Assembly (NCBI GenBank): GCA_004764695.1
Contig: SMSO01000035.1
Location: 2,988,040 to 3,052,039, forward strand
DNA: 64,000 bases
Direction: 5' to 3'
From: Schizochytrium sp. TIO01
Lineage: Eukaryota; Protista; Bigyra: Labyrinthulomycetes
The first letter of the stretch is position 1. Every line of letters starts with the position of its first letter. The translations under genes were made by a program, and so were the position numbers. Shown here in pieces: positions 24,969 to 38,152 of this stretch. The notes beneath the pieces were generated by a model, which was not told the origin of the DNA, did not search any database, and worked only from the letters and a program-made list of their open reading frames with translations.

Positions 24969-27900
24969 CATTTACGTGTATGCTTCAATAGAACTTAAGG
25001 CGACTAGTGGTGAGAGAATGTACATTATTACACAAAGGCCATTAGTTGTCACATGAACTTGGAGCTGTTTGTTGCCAACCGTGAAAGTCGTTTCTGTGTT
25101 AACAGACGAACAAGTGAGATTGATATTAGGCAGGTAACTTGCCATGACACGTGATACACAATTCTGACCAAAACGCCATTGTCAATGAGCATGTTAAGTC
25201 TTTCCTTGAGACTCTAAAATGCTAAAGGAAAAAGACAACATCATAGCAGATTGCATTGTCAAGCTAAGATGGCCTCCTTTTCCATGACAAAAACAAAACG
25301 AAGATAACGAGTAGGTCCCCCAAACAAAAAAGTATGACAATGAGCTTAGCACTTTGAGCCTCATCATAGGCTGACGACCAAGCCAAGTGCCTTTATAAGA
25401 CGATGGAGGAGTTTTGTGCGCTCTAGTATTGCACCACTTGAGGACTTCACGCCTATACTCCAAGGTTACTATGGTTAAATGAAAGTTTTGATAAGAATTT
25501 AGTGAAATGTCGGATTCTAACAGTCCTTCAGAAGCAGCTTTTATTATCTAAGTTGTCTGGCTGTATTCAGAAGTGGGGACGGGGTGTTAGTGCTGATGTC
25601 TTTTGTGCAAGGTGCACACCTTTGTCGTGCAGATCGATCCACGCTGGGCCCCTGATGAAATGTATTGTGCGAATGTACAATAAAATTTCAAGTATGATGG
25701 ATGGATGATCACTCCACAGCATGTGACTAAAACACGTACGTCCCGCATTTCTTCGAGGAGAAGTTTTCGGTCACGCTGGTGACTGCAATGAAGCCCGCAA
25801 AATGAACCAAGAATACTATTTTATCAATAATTAATACCAAAGCCCCCCCCAAATATTAAACGAGTGTCAGTGCGATTGCTAACTTGACGATTTAATTGGA
25901 TCCCTTTAAAAACAATAAAAAAATTCGAGAGGCGTGCGACAAGGCTATAGAATTATCTGTGTGTACTTTGAATTGCTTTGAGGGTTTCGCAGTGCAATAC
26001 ACAAAGTTCGAATTGCAGATGTAAAAGTCACTGTCATTATTTGCTCAACATTGGTAAAAAATTGTATTTAAACAATGCCCTCACTGCTCGGCATTGGACT
26101 GCGTGGTGAGTTTTCTTCAATCAGAAAAGTTATTGCAAAGTGCACCCGGTTCGAATAGCTAATGTTTCAATATCCAGCAGATACTTAATGAGCTAGAGTA
26201 TCAGTTCTACCAATTAAGTATATTTCCTTGTGCAAAATTATCGTCTTATCATCTAGGTTAACTTACAAATAAATACTATATATAACTATTGAAAGTAAAA
26301 ATCAGCAATCTTCAGATTGCCAGTGCTTGATGCTTCTGCTTGCTTAATGTCCCAGAAAAGAAGCCAAATGTAAGACTGATACTAGTACATTTATTTGTCT
26401 CATAGCAAGATCTATAGAGCGGGAAAGCTCAATTTGAAGCTATGTATTAGTGCTTACAATAATGAACGGGCATGTTTTTCTTGAGTTTTTATCCAAGTAA
26501 GATGATGCATAGAAGCAGCCTCGGACCCGTGAGGGTGCTTCTCTAAGGTGGGTCAGTGAGATGACAATGTGAACAAACCAAAACAAATAACAACACGTCA
26601 TACCAAACCTATACAAGATTATAAGGGTTTCGATACAGACGATTCGCAGGTGGTTTTGCACCACTACAGAAGGTTCAACAAGTTGATGACGCCATGGTAC
26701 GTGTATTGCGCTGAAAGGTTTAAAATTAAAAAACGAAAAAGCTTTCTTGATCTTGTTTGAAGCAAGGTATTCCTAGCGGTTCCTAATTTTACTTTTTAAT
26801 TTTAAAAAAGAAAAGAAAAAGAAGAGGTATTAAAATAAACATAAAATCATACAGGTCTATGTATTGAATCCAAGTTTTGTAAGAGTACCTAGCTTGGTAG
26901 TACTACTTAGGAAGTAGTCAAATCACCCAGGCACATAATTTAATCTCAACTCTTGATGATAGGAAAACAGTGATGGCGGGGTTCCCTTAGCAGGTGCAAC
27001 CTCTGGCTTTGGTATGAGTTTTTGCTTTTGATTTGAGGCTTTTGCCCATGTGTAAATTGAAAAATGTAGGAATGAAAGTGGGTTGGATAAGGCACAATTA
27101 GACTACCAACTGAAAAAGTGCGCTGAGCGAGCGTGTGAACGAGCGAGCAAGTGGAAAACAGCGCTGGAGGTCTTTCCGGCAAAACTTTTGCACTCTCTCA
27201 GACGCTGGAGTTGGTTCTTCTGGTGTAGGTGTTCACGTGCTTGAAGAAATACAGTAGCCTTTGTCGAGACTCCAACTAGATAATAGCTATTGCTGTGCTG
27301 TACAATGCGTTTGTGAGTTTTCCTACATTTTATTTATTTTATTTTAGAAATAAAATTTCTAATAAAAATATCTAAAAAATGAAATAAAAAATGAAACACG
27401 TGCTATTGTTCTTCAATTTGTATTCGATGCTGAAGACGAAGGCGCATTTGCATGTGAAGCTGTATCCCACTCGCCACATTTAAGAAAAGAAAACATCCGA
27501 AGAGACAGTGCACGCTCTGGGTCCTTCAAGTTCTTTTCTGGTGCAACTGCTCCTTCAAGACGTGCACTCAGAAGGCAGAAATTGTTGAGAATATCGAATG
27601 TAAACCTATAAACCCATACCTCATACTCGGCACTAGTCTGTGCCTAGTGCGAGCGTGCGAATCATTGATTGATCGACCCACCTAGCACGGTGAGCTCGGT
27701 AATCTCGAAGTCCTGCCACCCAGTTCTCTCTCTATGGAATGATGATTGTTTCGTCGTAGAAGGTAACTAACTCTGGGTCAACCAAGTCACTTCTCTGCCC
27801 AGTAGCCGTATGGCGGCGCTTAGTTACTCTTAGAGGGCACGTACCGCCTAAACTCGAGGGTGCGCGTGAATAACTTTTGAGAAAGGAGAAGAAAGAAAGC

Positions 27901-28632
27901 CAAAATTAAAATCATGGAAAGAACAGAACAGCCCATCAGATCAACTTGAAGAAGAAAAGGCTCCTCGGGTCTAGGTACACCCAGCCAGCCACGTCATCCC
28001 TCGAAAGGGGGAAATCAACGGTTGACTGAAGAAAGAGGTCAACAGAGCCACCAATCGCATCCACGTTCGCATGCGCCAGCGCCAGCACCAAGTAGGCTCT
28101 ATCATCAGTTTGGAGTTCGGGTTGCTACTTACTTCGAACAATGAAAACAGCCCAACATTACCTTTGAAAAACGACATCTGATTGTTCCTTGATTGAGTCC
28201 TGCAGAGGTGCTATAGGGGACCTAGGCAATACTGCCATGGCAATCAAGATTGTCTTGATTTAGCCTTTGACTTCTTTCCAGGGTTTAAGTTGCAAGTTTT
28301 TCAATCGTCATAATTTTAGCAATACTCAACAGGCATCAAACACAGAGAGTTAAATAAGTAATAGTTGTAAAGTTGCGCTACAGAAGTAGGTCCGCAGCTA
28401 CTATCTACCTACCATCGTGATGCTGAGGAGGAAATAAAACTAAAATAAATAAAACCTTTTCCTTACTGATAGAACGAGGTCAACAACAATGACGGTGAAT
28501 CAATCATTCAGGGTGCAAAGTATCGTCTGAAACCTCAGCACTGTACTGGTACTTACTCCCTCCTCAACACTCGGTACAGCTCATTACAACCAGCTGAGCA
28601 ACGGAAAGAAAGCCACAGCGAAAGGCCTTGCT

Positions 28633-28710
28633 TTCATTCATTCATTCATTCATTCATTCATTCATTCATTCATTCATTCATTCATTCATTCATTCATTCA
28701 TTCATTCATT
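28633..28710. repeat. (TTCA)n microsatellite; degenerate CATT-rich tract also at ~30000-30230
   Basis: Read directly. Confidence 0.95.
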
Positions 28711-30740
28711 GCGCCTTTGCGGCACTTGCAGACGCCAATAGTGTTTGCTACTACCACGGCTAAGACAGCTTAAGCGCTGGATATAGCAACCCCCGGGTTG
28801 CGATCAAGGAGGACCACTTTTTCATTGTCTTTTCCTTCAAGTAGTCCTGTTGACTTCTTCGGCTCTCAGCCCTCGATTCCCTCGGCCCCTGCGAGGTCTC
28901 CTGCCCGCTCTCTTCGGGTTTCGTCGCCGTTGGCGTTGTGGCGTTCTCGTTGGCTGGTATTCCGAGTGTAGAATCTGCTTCGAGTTCTTCTGACCTCTTC
29001 TGCGCTTTTCTTTGCAAGGTTTCGATTGACGCACCGAGAGCGACAAGCCTAAGATCGAAGCGAAGAGCTCCATCGCTTGCTCGTTCGCTCGTTCGCTCGC
29101 TCGCTCGCTGGTTCGTGCAGGCTGGACAGAGGCGCAGTAGTCTAGTATTCACATCGGCCGCTGGTTGCAGGCAGAGGCATCTCCAAGAGCAACACTAGCC
29201 GCAGTCGGTGGCAGTAGGGCGAGCGAATCTGGGATCCAAGTCTTCGATTTTGAGAGAACTTTGCCAGAGATCGTCGATCGTATACGTGCGTTGTTTTCCC
29301 TCGGCTGTCGCAGGTGTGAAAGAACTCGAGCGGAGCACTGTCGCACTTGGCCGCTGCAGGTCTCGACCGAACGGTAGGAGAGGTCGAGGTTGCCTCGCAG
29401 GGCTCTCGTGAAAAAAGAAGAGTCAAGAGTGAAGAAGAAGAAGAGCCTGAGCGCGGTGGTCTCCTGGACTAAATCCGTTCTCTTTAACAAAGCGAATCTC
29501 TCCAATTCGTTCTTTCACTTTATTAGCTCTTTTTCTTCTTTTCTTTTCTCTTTTTTTTTGGTTGTTGTTGTTTGAACTATAGTCTTTAATTAAAATTAAA
29601 CAAAAACAAAATCAAAAAAGAACAGCAATTGTAAGTCGGCACTTGCATAGTTAGCTAGGGATTGAGGAGATACACAGAAACGGAGATCAAATCGCCAACA
29701 TTAGGCTACAGACAATCAATCAATCAATCAATCAATCAGTCAATCATTAAGATTATCCAAAGCAGCTCCGGTGGGAAGCGAGGTGATGGCAGAGCGAGCA
29801 ACTGCAGGTAGGGAAGAGCACAAGAGGTTTTGACAAATTTGGCAGCAGCAGCTCGTGCTCTCTGCTACCACCAGCAATCTCTGAAAAGTGCTCTTGCTTC
29901 AGCATTCATTCTCTGAGCATTCGTTCTCTGTGCAATCGAAGTTTAGAGTTCTGAGCTAAGTCGTTCGTCAGTTTGTTAGTTTGCCTCTTCGTTAGTTCGT
30001 CAGGTCCCATTCGCTTACACACTCCTCCATTTCCCTCATCCATTTCTGACATTCGTTCGTCAATTTCTGGCATTCGGTCGTTGTCTCATTCGATCATTTA
30101 TCGAATTCGATCATTCCTCTCCGGCATCCGCTGATTGCCTCATTCATTCATTCATTCATTCCTCCATTCATCCATTCGTCATTCACCCATTTCTCAATAC
30201 ATTCGCTCATACATTCGTTCCACTTCGAATCGTTCTATTGCCTATAGGTACAATAGGTACCTCCCTCCCTATATCTAATTAGGGAGGCATAGCTAGCTAG
30301 GCCCTTGCTTACTAGCACTGCTTAGTAGTATCAATAAGTGCACTCACCCTCTGAGACACTTCCACCATCGTACTCCCTAACCCTGTCCCCTCTGCCTGCC
30401 CTCCTTCCAAACAGTTCAGCCGAGCGTAAAGCTAGGTCTCCCTCCCTCCCATCTAACCTCCCACACCCGCTCCTCTCCTCCCCTCTCGCCGGAGCTGCTG
30501 TTTTTTCTCCCACACTCGGAGCCTCTGTCCTCCCCTACCTCATCCCAAATCGAGAAGTGTGAACTCCAAAACCTCCCACATCCTCGTAATCCTACCCAGG
30601 AACCTGTCTAGAGAACCACATCCAGTCACGCGCCACTGGCAGAACCTCCCCCTAGAGCCTCCCAGTGGGCGCCCTCTGTCTGCCACTGGCGTTTCCATCG
30701 ACCTCCTCCCCGCCCTCTTTCCGCGGCTTCTGCATTCTTC

Positions 30741-33182
30741 ATGGGCAACACAGGCAGCGCGCGCGCGAGCAGGCGCGGCGACCTGCCCGTGGTGCGTCGC
30801 TCGGACCTCTCCTCAGCAAGCAGCGCCGGCCACAGGCCCCCTCCGGCAGGCCCCCACCCGGCCGCCTCACAGCCCCCGGTGCGATCTGCGCCGCGCCGCC
30901 CCGCCGCCGCTCTGCAAGCGCCAGCGCGTCGTCCGTATCCCACGAAGCCGCAGCCGGTGGCGCCGCCTCGGCCGAACCCGCAGCGCGCGAAGAGGGTTTC
31001 CTCGCGCAGGCGCTCCGCCGCCTCGCTCCCGCGCGCCTTCGTGGACTCGGACGAGGAGGACTCGGACTCGAACGCGGCTGAGAACTCGCGCACGTCTTTT
31101 TCTTCTTCTTCTTCTTCTTCGAGGCGGAAAGCAGGCCCGGAACACCTGGATCACCTGGATCATCCAGAGTTGGAACACCTGGACTTTTTGGAACACGCGG
31201 ATCGCCTGGAACGTGAGGCGTGCACAACAGCGCGGGCTGAGGAGGAAGACCGCGAGGAAGACAGCAGAAGCAGCAGCAGGAGCAGCGGCCGCAAGAGCCG
31301 CAAGAGCGGCACAATGGGGAGCTTCAAAGGATCCTCGAGGAAGTCTTCGCAGCGGAGACCTGCATCGCCGACAGCGGCGTCCTCCTCAGCGTCAGGCTCC
31401 TCTTTGTCCTCATCCAAGAAGTCGTCCTCCCTCTCTAGGTCGCGGTCCTCGCGGCACCACGGAGCATCAATCGAAGTTGCATCTCAATCCGCGTCATCCG
31501 GGGCGTCTTCATCGTCATTGAGACCCAGTCCCAGTGCTCTCGCTCTTCAAGGTGCCTTAAAAAAGGCTGGCCAGGACTCCTCATCGAGCTCCAAACGCAG
31601 AAGCAGTAATAACAACGGTAGCGATGACAATAAACCTTCGAGACCGGCACACCCTCTCGCAGCCATGTTTCAACAGCAGCAGCAACAACAACAAGGCCCT
31701 GGAGGCCTAGCCTTAAGGCCTGTATTCAATCCTGGAGACTTTGCAAAGTTGGCGTTGAAGAAAACTGGAGGGCCCAAGGTTGGCGGAGGATCCGCTCCAA
31801 CCCTTGTTGCTCCGGAGGAAACTGGTATGGATGAGGTCCGGCAAAAAGCGATTGAAGATGCAAGGAGATGTAGAACTGAGGCATCGAGGATCTACCCATG
31901 GTTGTGCGTGAGTGGAGACTGGGTGGCAAGGAATAAAGAAGTCCTTCACGAAGCCAATATCACTCACATTCTTAACATGGCGCACACAGTATGTAAAAAC
32001 TACCACGAAGAGTCTGGAGAGTTCGACTATCTTGCGCTTGATGTCATTGATAGCGCCAATGAGAGCATCTTGCCATTCCTCCTTGAAGCCATCATGTATA
32101 TTGAGAAGGCGCGCACATCAGGCGGATCTTGCTTCGTCCACTGCCATATGGGTGTGAGCCGCTCGTGTACAGTTGTCATTGCATACATGATGTGGAAGGA
32201 CGGTGTGTCTTTTGATGAAGCTTTCAAGGTTGTTAAGGAAAAGAGACCCGTGTGCAATCCCAATGCAGGCTTTGTCGCGCAGCTCATGGAGTTCGGGAGG
32301 TACGTACGCGAAGTACCCCCGCGGCCTGAGCTTTACCGCGTTGCGCCGCACTCGGCCAAGGATCCCGCTCTTGTCCTCAAGCTGTGCTATCTTACTAATG
32401 ATCTTACGCGTCCAGTTGTCGCAAGACCCACTGAGCTCGACGCTCGTGGTGTTTTTGTCTTACACGACAACTCAGATCATACTTGCTACGTGTGGGTCGG
32501 ACCCCGCTGTGAGCACGACGAAGAGTACGTCAGCGCAGCTGTCAAATGGGTTGGCTGGATGGTCGACCTCCTCCCTAATTTCAAGGACCACAATATCGTC
32601 CACTGCAATGAAGAAACTGATGGTGGTGCCCGCCAGGGGTTCTGGATTGCGCTTGGGGTTGACGCCGTCGACGCGGACGAGATGGACGACTCCGACGTTG
32701 ACCAAAACCTTGGCAAGTATGATGAGGAGTACAATAAGCCTGTTGCCTCGCCCAAGCACATGTCTAAAGCTAATCACCGTAGCAATGTTTACCCTAAGGA
32801 TGTGCTACGCCGGGTCGCCGAACGCTACACTGTGGAACTCTACGGTTGGATTGAGGACGAGGACCATCAGGATCACTGGGACCGACTAGAGAACTACGAC
32901 TCTGACGACCTCGCCAGTGAAACTATGTTTGTTCTTCTTGTACAAGACCTTCAGACAACCTCTATTTCACGTCCCTCAGATGGGTTCTCCTTTGAAAGGG
33001 CGTACGTCTGGCTTGGCTCGCAGCTCGAAGGGCGTATCAACGAAGACGCGTCTGTCGCAAAAGCAAGAACATTCATCCAGTCTCGCAAGATCGAAACCAA
33101 CTCATCCTCTATCGAAGTTATTATCGAGCACGACGACGGCGAATCAGAGGACTTTTGGAATGCCTATGAAGCAGGGTACTAA
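30741..33182 (+). CDS. Dual-specificity (MAP kinase) phosphatase with gelsolin-like C-terminal domains, plant MKP1-like, 813 aa
   Basis: Catalytic VHCHMGVSRS, upstream acid loop DVIDS and CNPNAGF. Gelsolin-like segments LDARGVFVL..CYVWVG and AYVWLG..ESEDFW. N-terminal MGNTGS fits a myristoylation motif. Confidence 0.88.
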   Translation: MGNTGSARASRRGDLPVVRRSDLSSASSAGHRPPPAGPHPAASQPPVRSAPRRPAAALQAPARRPYPTKPQPVAPPRPNPQRAKRVSSRRRSAASLPRAFVDSDEEDSDSNAAENSRTSFSSSSSSSRRKAGPEHLDHLDHPELEHLDFLEHADRLEREACTTARAEEEDREEDSRSSSRSSGRKSRKSGTMGSFKGSSRKSSQRRPASPTAASSSASGSSLSSSKKSSSLSRSRSSRHHGASIEVASQSASSGASSSSLRPSPSALALQGALKKAGQDSSSSSKRRSSNNNGSDDNKPSRPAHPLAAMFQQQQQQQQGPGGLALRPVFNPGDFAKLALKKTGGPKVGGGSAPTLVAPEETGMDEVRQKAIEDARRCRTEASRIYPWLCVSGDWVARNKEVLHEANITHILNMAHTVCKNYHEESGEFDYLALDVIDSANESILPFLLEAIMYIEKARTSGGSCFVHCHMGVSRSCTVVIAYMMWKDGVSFDEAFKVVKEKRPVCNPNAGFVAQLMEFGRYVREVPPRPELYRVAPHSAKDPALVLKLCYLTNDLTRPVVARPTELDARGVFVLHDNSDHTCYVWVGPRCEHDEEYVSAAVKWVGWMVDLLPNFKDHNIVHCNEETDGGARQGFWIALGVDAVDADEMDDSDVDQNLGKYDEEYNKPVASPKHMSKANHRSNVYPKDVLRRVAERYTVELYGWIEDEDHQDHWDRLENYDSDDLASETMFVLLVQDLQTTSISRPSDGFSFERAYVWLGSQLEGRINEDASVAKARTFIQSRKIETNSSSIEVIIEHDDGESEDFWNAYEAGY

Positions 33183-35923
33183 ATTTAGCGAGTTTCGCCT
33201 CCTGCTCACTTATAACAAAGATATAAGCGCGAGCCCTGCAAGACCCTCTTCGTTTGATGCATATTCAGACATTCAACCTTGCCTACTATTCCGCTCTTTC
33301 ACTGTTCACTTTTCCTTACCTACCCACAACCCACAACCCTCTTTCCTTCAACCTTTCCTGCATTTGCATCACATCTTTATGCCGTCTTCTCTCGCACACT
33401 CCTTTCTTTCTATTTTGTTTTTGTTGTTATGACCTCGAATCTTCGAATCGTGGCTTTGGCTCCATCATAAACATCATCCAGCGTCATTTCATCTGCTCGC
33501 ATTCAGTGGCTTTATCATGTTTACATACCCCTAAAGTCCTGGGGTCAAGCGAGCTAGCCAAACTTTCTTTCATTTTGTTACTGTAGCACATTCTTTGTTG
33601 ATGGGGTGCTTCCTTCTGTATCTTTCGGGAGGCGGGGTGCCGTCAATCACCGACTTTCTTCTTCAAGACAGGCGAGGAGCAGATGGGGAAAGCTCATTTC
33701 TAAAATTTACTACTACGAGGTAGAATCTAGAGAAGTGGAGAGGTGAATACCCACCCAAGCATTTTTTTCAGCAGAACAACTCTTTTCGTTGGGCAACACA
33801 TTTTCTTTGTATTTTGCCACCAGGCTGCAAAAGGGTTGTAAAGTCCCTGGTCATAAGTCCTCTTATAATTTCCATCCTGCTATTGTTGCTGTATATTTCA
33901 AATGAAGGATTTGCCCTTCTATTTGCGAAGTCTGACAAGCAGATGGCCAGGATCCCAACGCTGCCGCGACCAACCTTTCCCCTCCTTACGGCTGGGCTCA
34001 TTCACGGTTTTTCTTTCTTCTCAATATTTGAGTCATAACATGGGAGAAAGAGAACTTTGATTTTTCTCTTGCATGTTCTACTCACAAACATGCGAGGTTC
34101 TTCTTCTCTAACAACTTCTATACTGTGCCTTCTTACTTCGCCTCGGGTTAGATATAACGATCGCATAGTATGGAAGGGGGGATAAAACGAAATGGAATTG
34201 GGTGCGCATTGATGACCCCTTCCGTTGTTGATCTTTCTTACTGCTTACCTACGTTCCCCCTTATTGTGCTTTTCTTTCCGCTTTTGAGAACCAAATGCTT
34301 AATCTATATTTGTTGTTGTTTCTAGTTAAATGATTCTTGCTCTTGTCTTGTCCCTATCTTTCAAAGATCATCCTTTGAAATAAGAATTATTGCCATTCCA
34401 ATCAACATGAACCCCAATAAATTTTAGTGGTTCCAATGTTGCAGAGAAATTCCCTCTTCTATATCCATCCATTCACCATGTATTATAGCCAACTTCAGCC
34501 ACAGTCAGCCATCCTAGTATTTCTCTTACAATTTGAAAAGCATCCCACCCCATGAGGTGTGTGCGATGGCACCACAAGTTGCACAAATTTCACTTGAAAG
34601 CTATAGAAGCTATCTGCTGCGTTGCCATTGCCAGTGGATGTCGGGCGTCATTAGACTAGACAATGCCCTGTCCTCACTAGGCAGAAGCTACTCTTACAAT
34701 TGACTCTACTCTGGTAAAAACTCCAAGTAAAACTTGTTACTCATGATGATGGCCAAAGTACTACCAGGTGGTATCGCTAGTACTACTTACTACTGGTCGT
34801 GTGTAGTAATTTCTCCATTATTATGCCTGCTCTTTTGCAAAACTTAGCTTCACCTTTTTGCACGCCTTGCGAAAACAGCCTTCAATTTGCCACTTGCCTT
34901 AAACTTTTCGGAGTCAGAAAAGATCTCACATCACGCAACTATGGCCTGCCTACTGTAGAAAACCCCGGGAACACCAGCACCTAATCTCAAAAGGCATCTA
35001 AGCTACTACTGTCGCACTACGCTGCAGCAACGCCACAACGACGGTCATCGTAGACGAGAAGGACAACCACTGCATGCCTTCGCACTCTTGAATACCATCC
35101 TGAGCACTTTCTTTGAACAAATCGGAAACAACTTTGAAAGAAAACTAAAGAATGAAAATAAGTAATCAGCCAACTACTACCTACTATATGTAATACCTAA
35201 GCGATGAGGTGGGTGTGTGCTCAAAGTCCTATACTTTGAGTTATCCAAGTCCTATGAAAATTTGGCGGCACGTGCACGGTCTCCCAAAACATATACCAAC
35301 AAAGTTTTCTTTTGTTTCCTTAAGTTTTTTATAAGGATGCCTGCTTTGATTCGCATGAAGGTATCCATAATACAAGCGTGGGCATGTTGAGCTCCAAGTC
35401 AATGATATAGTAGAGGGCGCAGCAGCCTAGTATAAATGGCGACTCGCCTCACAAAGTTAGCTTCTGTAGTACCTAGCTGCATCATATGAGAACAAATGCT
35501 GAATCGGTTTAAAGATTATACATTTTAATATTTTTCTAAAATTAAAAATAAAAAGAATTGACTAGTGCTTTTATTATATACACATAGACTCTACAAAAAG
35601 AGGAAGAAGTAAGAGAGATTAAAAAAACAAAAAACAAAAAACATAGAAAATAGTAGTAACAGTAGTAGCAGAAATGATAAGAAAAAAGCGGGAAAACACT
35701 GTTTGCACAGTGTTAAAAAAAAAAAAAAAAAAAAGTAAGGCAAAACTTGGGCTCGCCCAGATGCAAGTTTAGCAGGTTTAGCAAATTGCAAAAGCGACCG
35801 AACTCTGTTTCGCATCTCGCATCTGCGAGGCGAACAGCGATAGCAGCAAAACCCGGACACTTCGAGTGAGATCGGGTGCACTGCTTTTCTTGCGCTGAGG
35901 TATCAACAACACCGTCAGGCACC

Positions 35924-38152
35924 ATGAAGGACATGTCCACGCTCATGGGCGCTCCGCCGCACACGTGGAAAAGAAGCGAGCAGCATCAGATGAAGCAGAT
36001 TTTATACTGCTACAAAGTTGCGCTCATCGATCCACTCGACAGCGAGCTTGAAGAAAGCGCAGCTGATCTCTTGCGACTTGCTCAGAGCGACACATTTGCA
36101 AATCTCCTTGGAGGTGACCTCGTGCGTTCTGCCACTATGGTCGCAGGTGGAACTCCAGGGCCTTCTGCAAGACCGCAACAACCTGCTGCAGAACTTGATG
36201 CAGAAGATGGTGGAGCCGAGGAGGACGGCGCAGACCTCCCCACTGGCACACGCGGCACTCCTTCAAGAGACACTGAAGCCTTTCTTCCGCTCGATTCTGT
36301 CCTGAGATCAAAAGATGGCGAAGGCCTCGAGCCGAAAACCGTACCATTCAGGGATTACGATCAATTTGTAGACTCTCTTGACTTTGAGTACTGGAAAGAG
36401 CACTTTCGCAACCAAGCCCCTGACCGTATTCTCTCCGAAGTGGCTCAGAGCACAGTATCACACATTTGCTCCGCCCAATCCAGCGGCGAGCTTCGCGTAC
36501 GTCATGGCTCAGTGCCCTTAGGCAAGCTCCTTCGCAAGAAGCGTGAGCAAGTCACTCCTTTAGCACTTTGCCTTCACGAGATCAAACTCTGGGCTACGCA
36601 TAAGCTCCGTGTAATGAGTGTTTTCGAGGCAGCAACCTATCGTGAAATCGGCCGTCGCGTACGTTACCTCGAGCTTCTTCAGCGGAAAGAGGTCTGGGGA
36701 GAAGCGTCCATGCATTTGCAAAGCGGCATGAGACCTATCGCCCACGACAAACTCTTTCGACTCTTTCTCAACATGCGTGAGGACCTTGTGCGCTCTCGCG
36801 ATTACTCATATCGTGGATACTGCCGTCGCGCCTCTCGGGAAAAACTTGGTCGCCTCGGCAATCTCCTCAAGGATATTTTGCTCAACGAAATGCGTGTCAT
36901 CAGTGGCTTCTTCTCTATGGATGCCAAACTCAGCAATCCCAAAACGCGCGCTCTACAACCGACAGATTTACTCAACTCATGGAAAAACCAGACTTTTGTC
37001 GATTATGAGAACATGGCGAATGTCTGCCTCAGGGCGCTTTGCGAGGTTCCCCTGGTACGCGCAGCCTTGCTTTCTAACTACGACAGTCATGACGTCCAGG
37101 CATCACTTATTGACATCCGCAACTGGTCTCAGCAAAACTTGTTTTGTCTGCCAAATCGCGAGGAAGTCGGTCCAACTACGGAGCCGGCCTATCTTTTTGA
37201 TGATGAACACAACTCGGAGGGTCTACTTCCAGAGGTTTACGCTACAACTGCGCCTCGCGTCAAAGAAAAACTCAAGGAATTCGACTCCCATGCCAAAATG
37301 CCGCTCACGCGCAAGTCTCTCCTCAAGGTATTTCGCAAGGCATACTCTGACGATTCTATCATTGCAGAAATCATGCGTCGCACGCTTAAATACATGGCTG
37401 CTATGCAAGATTTGGTGCCTGCACTGTATATTAGTTATCAACTGTGGGAGCTCGCCGGCCAAGGAGGTGACTTTGTGCTCTTTGATCTCATGCGCGAGCA
37501 GACTATTGCGGTCATGCAAAATACCATTACGCGTGTTCATGCATGCCAAACCGCGCAAAAGGACCTTGTATCCTTTTATGGCAAAGTTGTCCAGTCTCAG
37601 GAAGCTGTCATGGAAGAGCGCCGCCTGCGCAGCAAGAAGGCAAAGTATCTCCCGGCATGGGTTGCGAACTACTACACACTTAAGCAAGATCTTCTTGTAG
37701 TGTCTCGAAAAGCCTACGCACAAGCTTACCTCCAACTCTGGGAACTTGCCAAGGATGCATGGGATTATGATTTGACAGCCGAGCAGCTCAGTGCAAAGAT
37801 CGAGGCTCTCCGCAGAGTCTGCGAAGATTATGCACCTGAATTGCGCCGCGAAACTGCTCAGCCTGATGCGGGAGCTGCCTATGATGGCAAGTTTCGCACA
37901 GCTACCCTTGTCAACGATAACGAGGCTGACAACTGGCTAAATCTTCAACCGATGCGTGCACCACCTTCACCCAAGCGACCCTCCAAAGCAACTCTTTGGG
38001 TTGACGATCGGGAGCAATCACTGACGGAGATTCTTAACGCCAAGGTAAGAGACAATGATCATGATGATGACGACGACAACGACGATCACAGAGATGGTGA
38101 TGATGATGATGATGATGACCATCGTGCTATCCCATCAGCTGTGGCAACCTAA
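35924..38152 (+). CDS. Hypothetical alpha-helical protein with Asp-rich tail
   Basis: About 740-codon uninterrupted ORF, first ATG at 35924; no motif recognised. Confidence 0.75.
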   Translation: MKDMSTLMGAPPHTWKRSEQHQMKQILYCYKVALIDPLDSELEESAADLLRLAQSDTFANLLGGDLVRSATMVAGGTPGPSARPQQPAAELDAEDGGAEEDGADLPTGTRGTPSRDTEAFLPLDSVLRSKDGEGLEPKTVPFRDYDQFVDSLDFEYWKEHFRNQAPDRILSEVAQSTVSHICSAQSSGELRVRHGSVPLGKLLRKKREQVTPLALCLHEIKLWATHKLRVMSVFEAATYREIGRRVRYLELLQRKEVWGEASMHLQSGMRPIAHDKLFRLFLNMREDLVRSRDYSYRGYCRRASREKLGRLGNLLKDILLNEMRVISGFFSMDAKLSNPKTRALQPTDLLNSWKNQTFVDYENMANVCLRALCEVPLVRAALLSNYDSHDVQASLIDIRNWSQQNLFCLPNREEVGPTTEPAYLFDDEHNSEGLLPEVYATTAPRVKEKLKEFDSHAKMPLTRKSLLKVFRKAYSDDSIIAEIMRRTLKYMAAMQDLVPALYISYQLWELAGQGGDFVLFDLMREQTIAVMQNTITRVHACQTAQKDLVSFYGKVVQSQEAVMEERRLRSKKAKYLPAWVANYYTLKQDLLVVSRKAYAQAYLQLWELAKDAWDYDLTAEQLSAKIEALRRVCEDYAPELRRETAQPDAGAAYDGKFRTATLVNDNEADNWLNLQPMRAPPSPKRPSKATLWVDDREQSLTEILNAKVRDNDHDDDDDNDDHRDGDDDDDDDHRAIPSAVAT

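Noticed and set aside
22900-30700. Gene-poor 8-kb stretch as a possible mobile element or integrated virus
   Set aside because: No transposase, RT, integrase or capsid motifs and no terminal repeats seen; only microsatellites and short ORFs.
30559-31521. Long overlapping alternative ORFs over the MKP1 5' region (similar shadows at 36777-37700 and 52269-53090)
   Set aside because: Expected shadows of GC-rich or codon-biased coding DNA, with no recognisable motifs.
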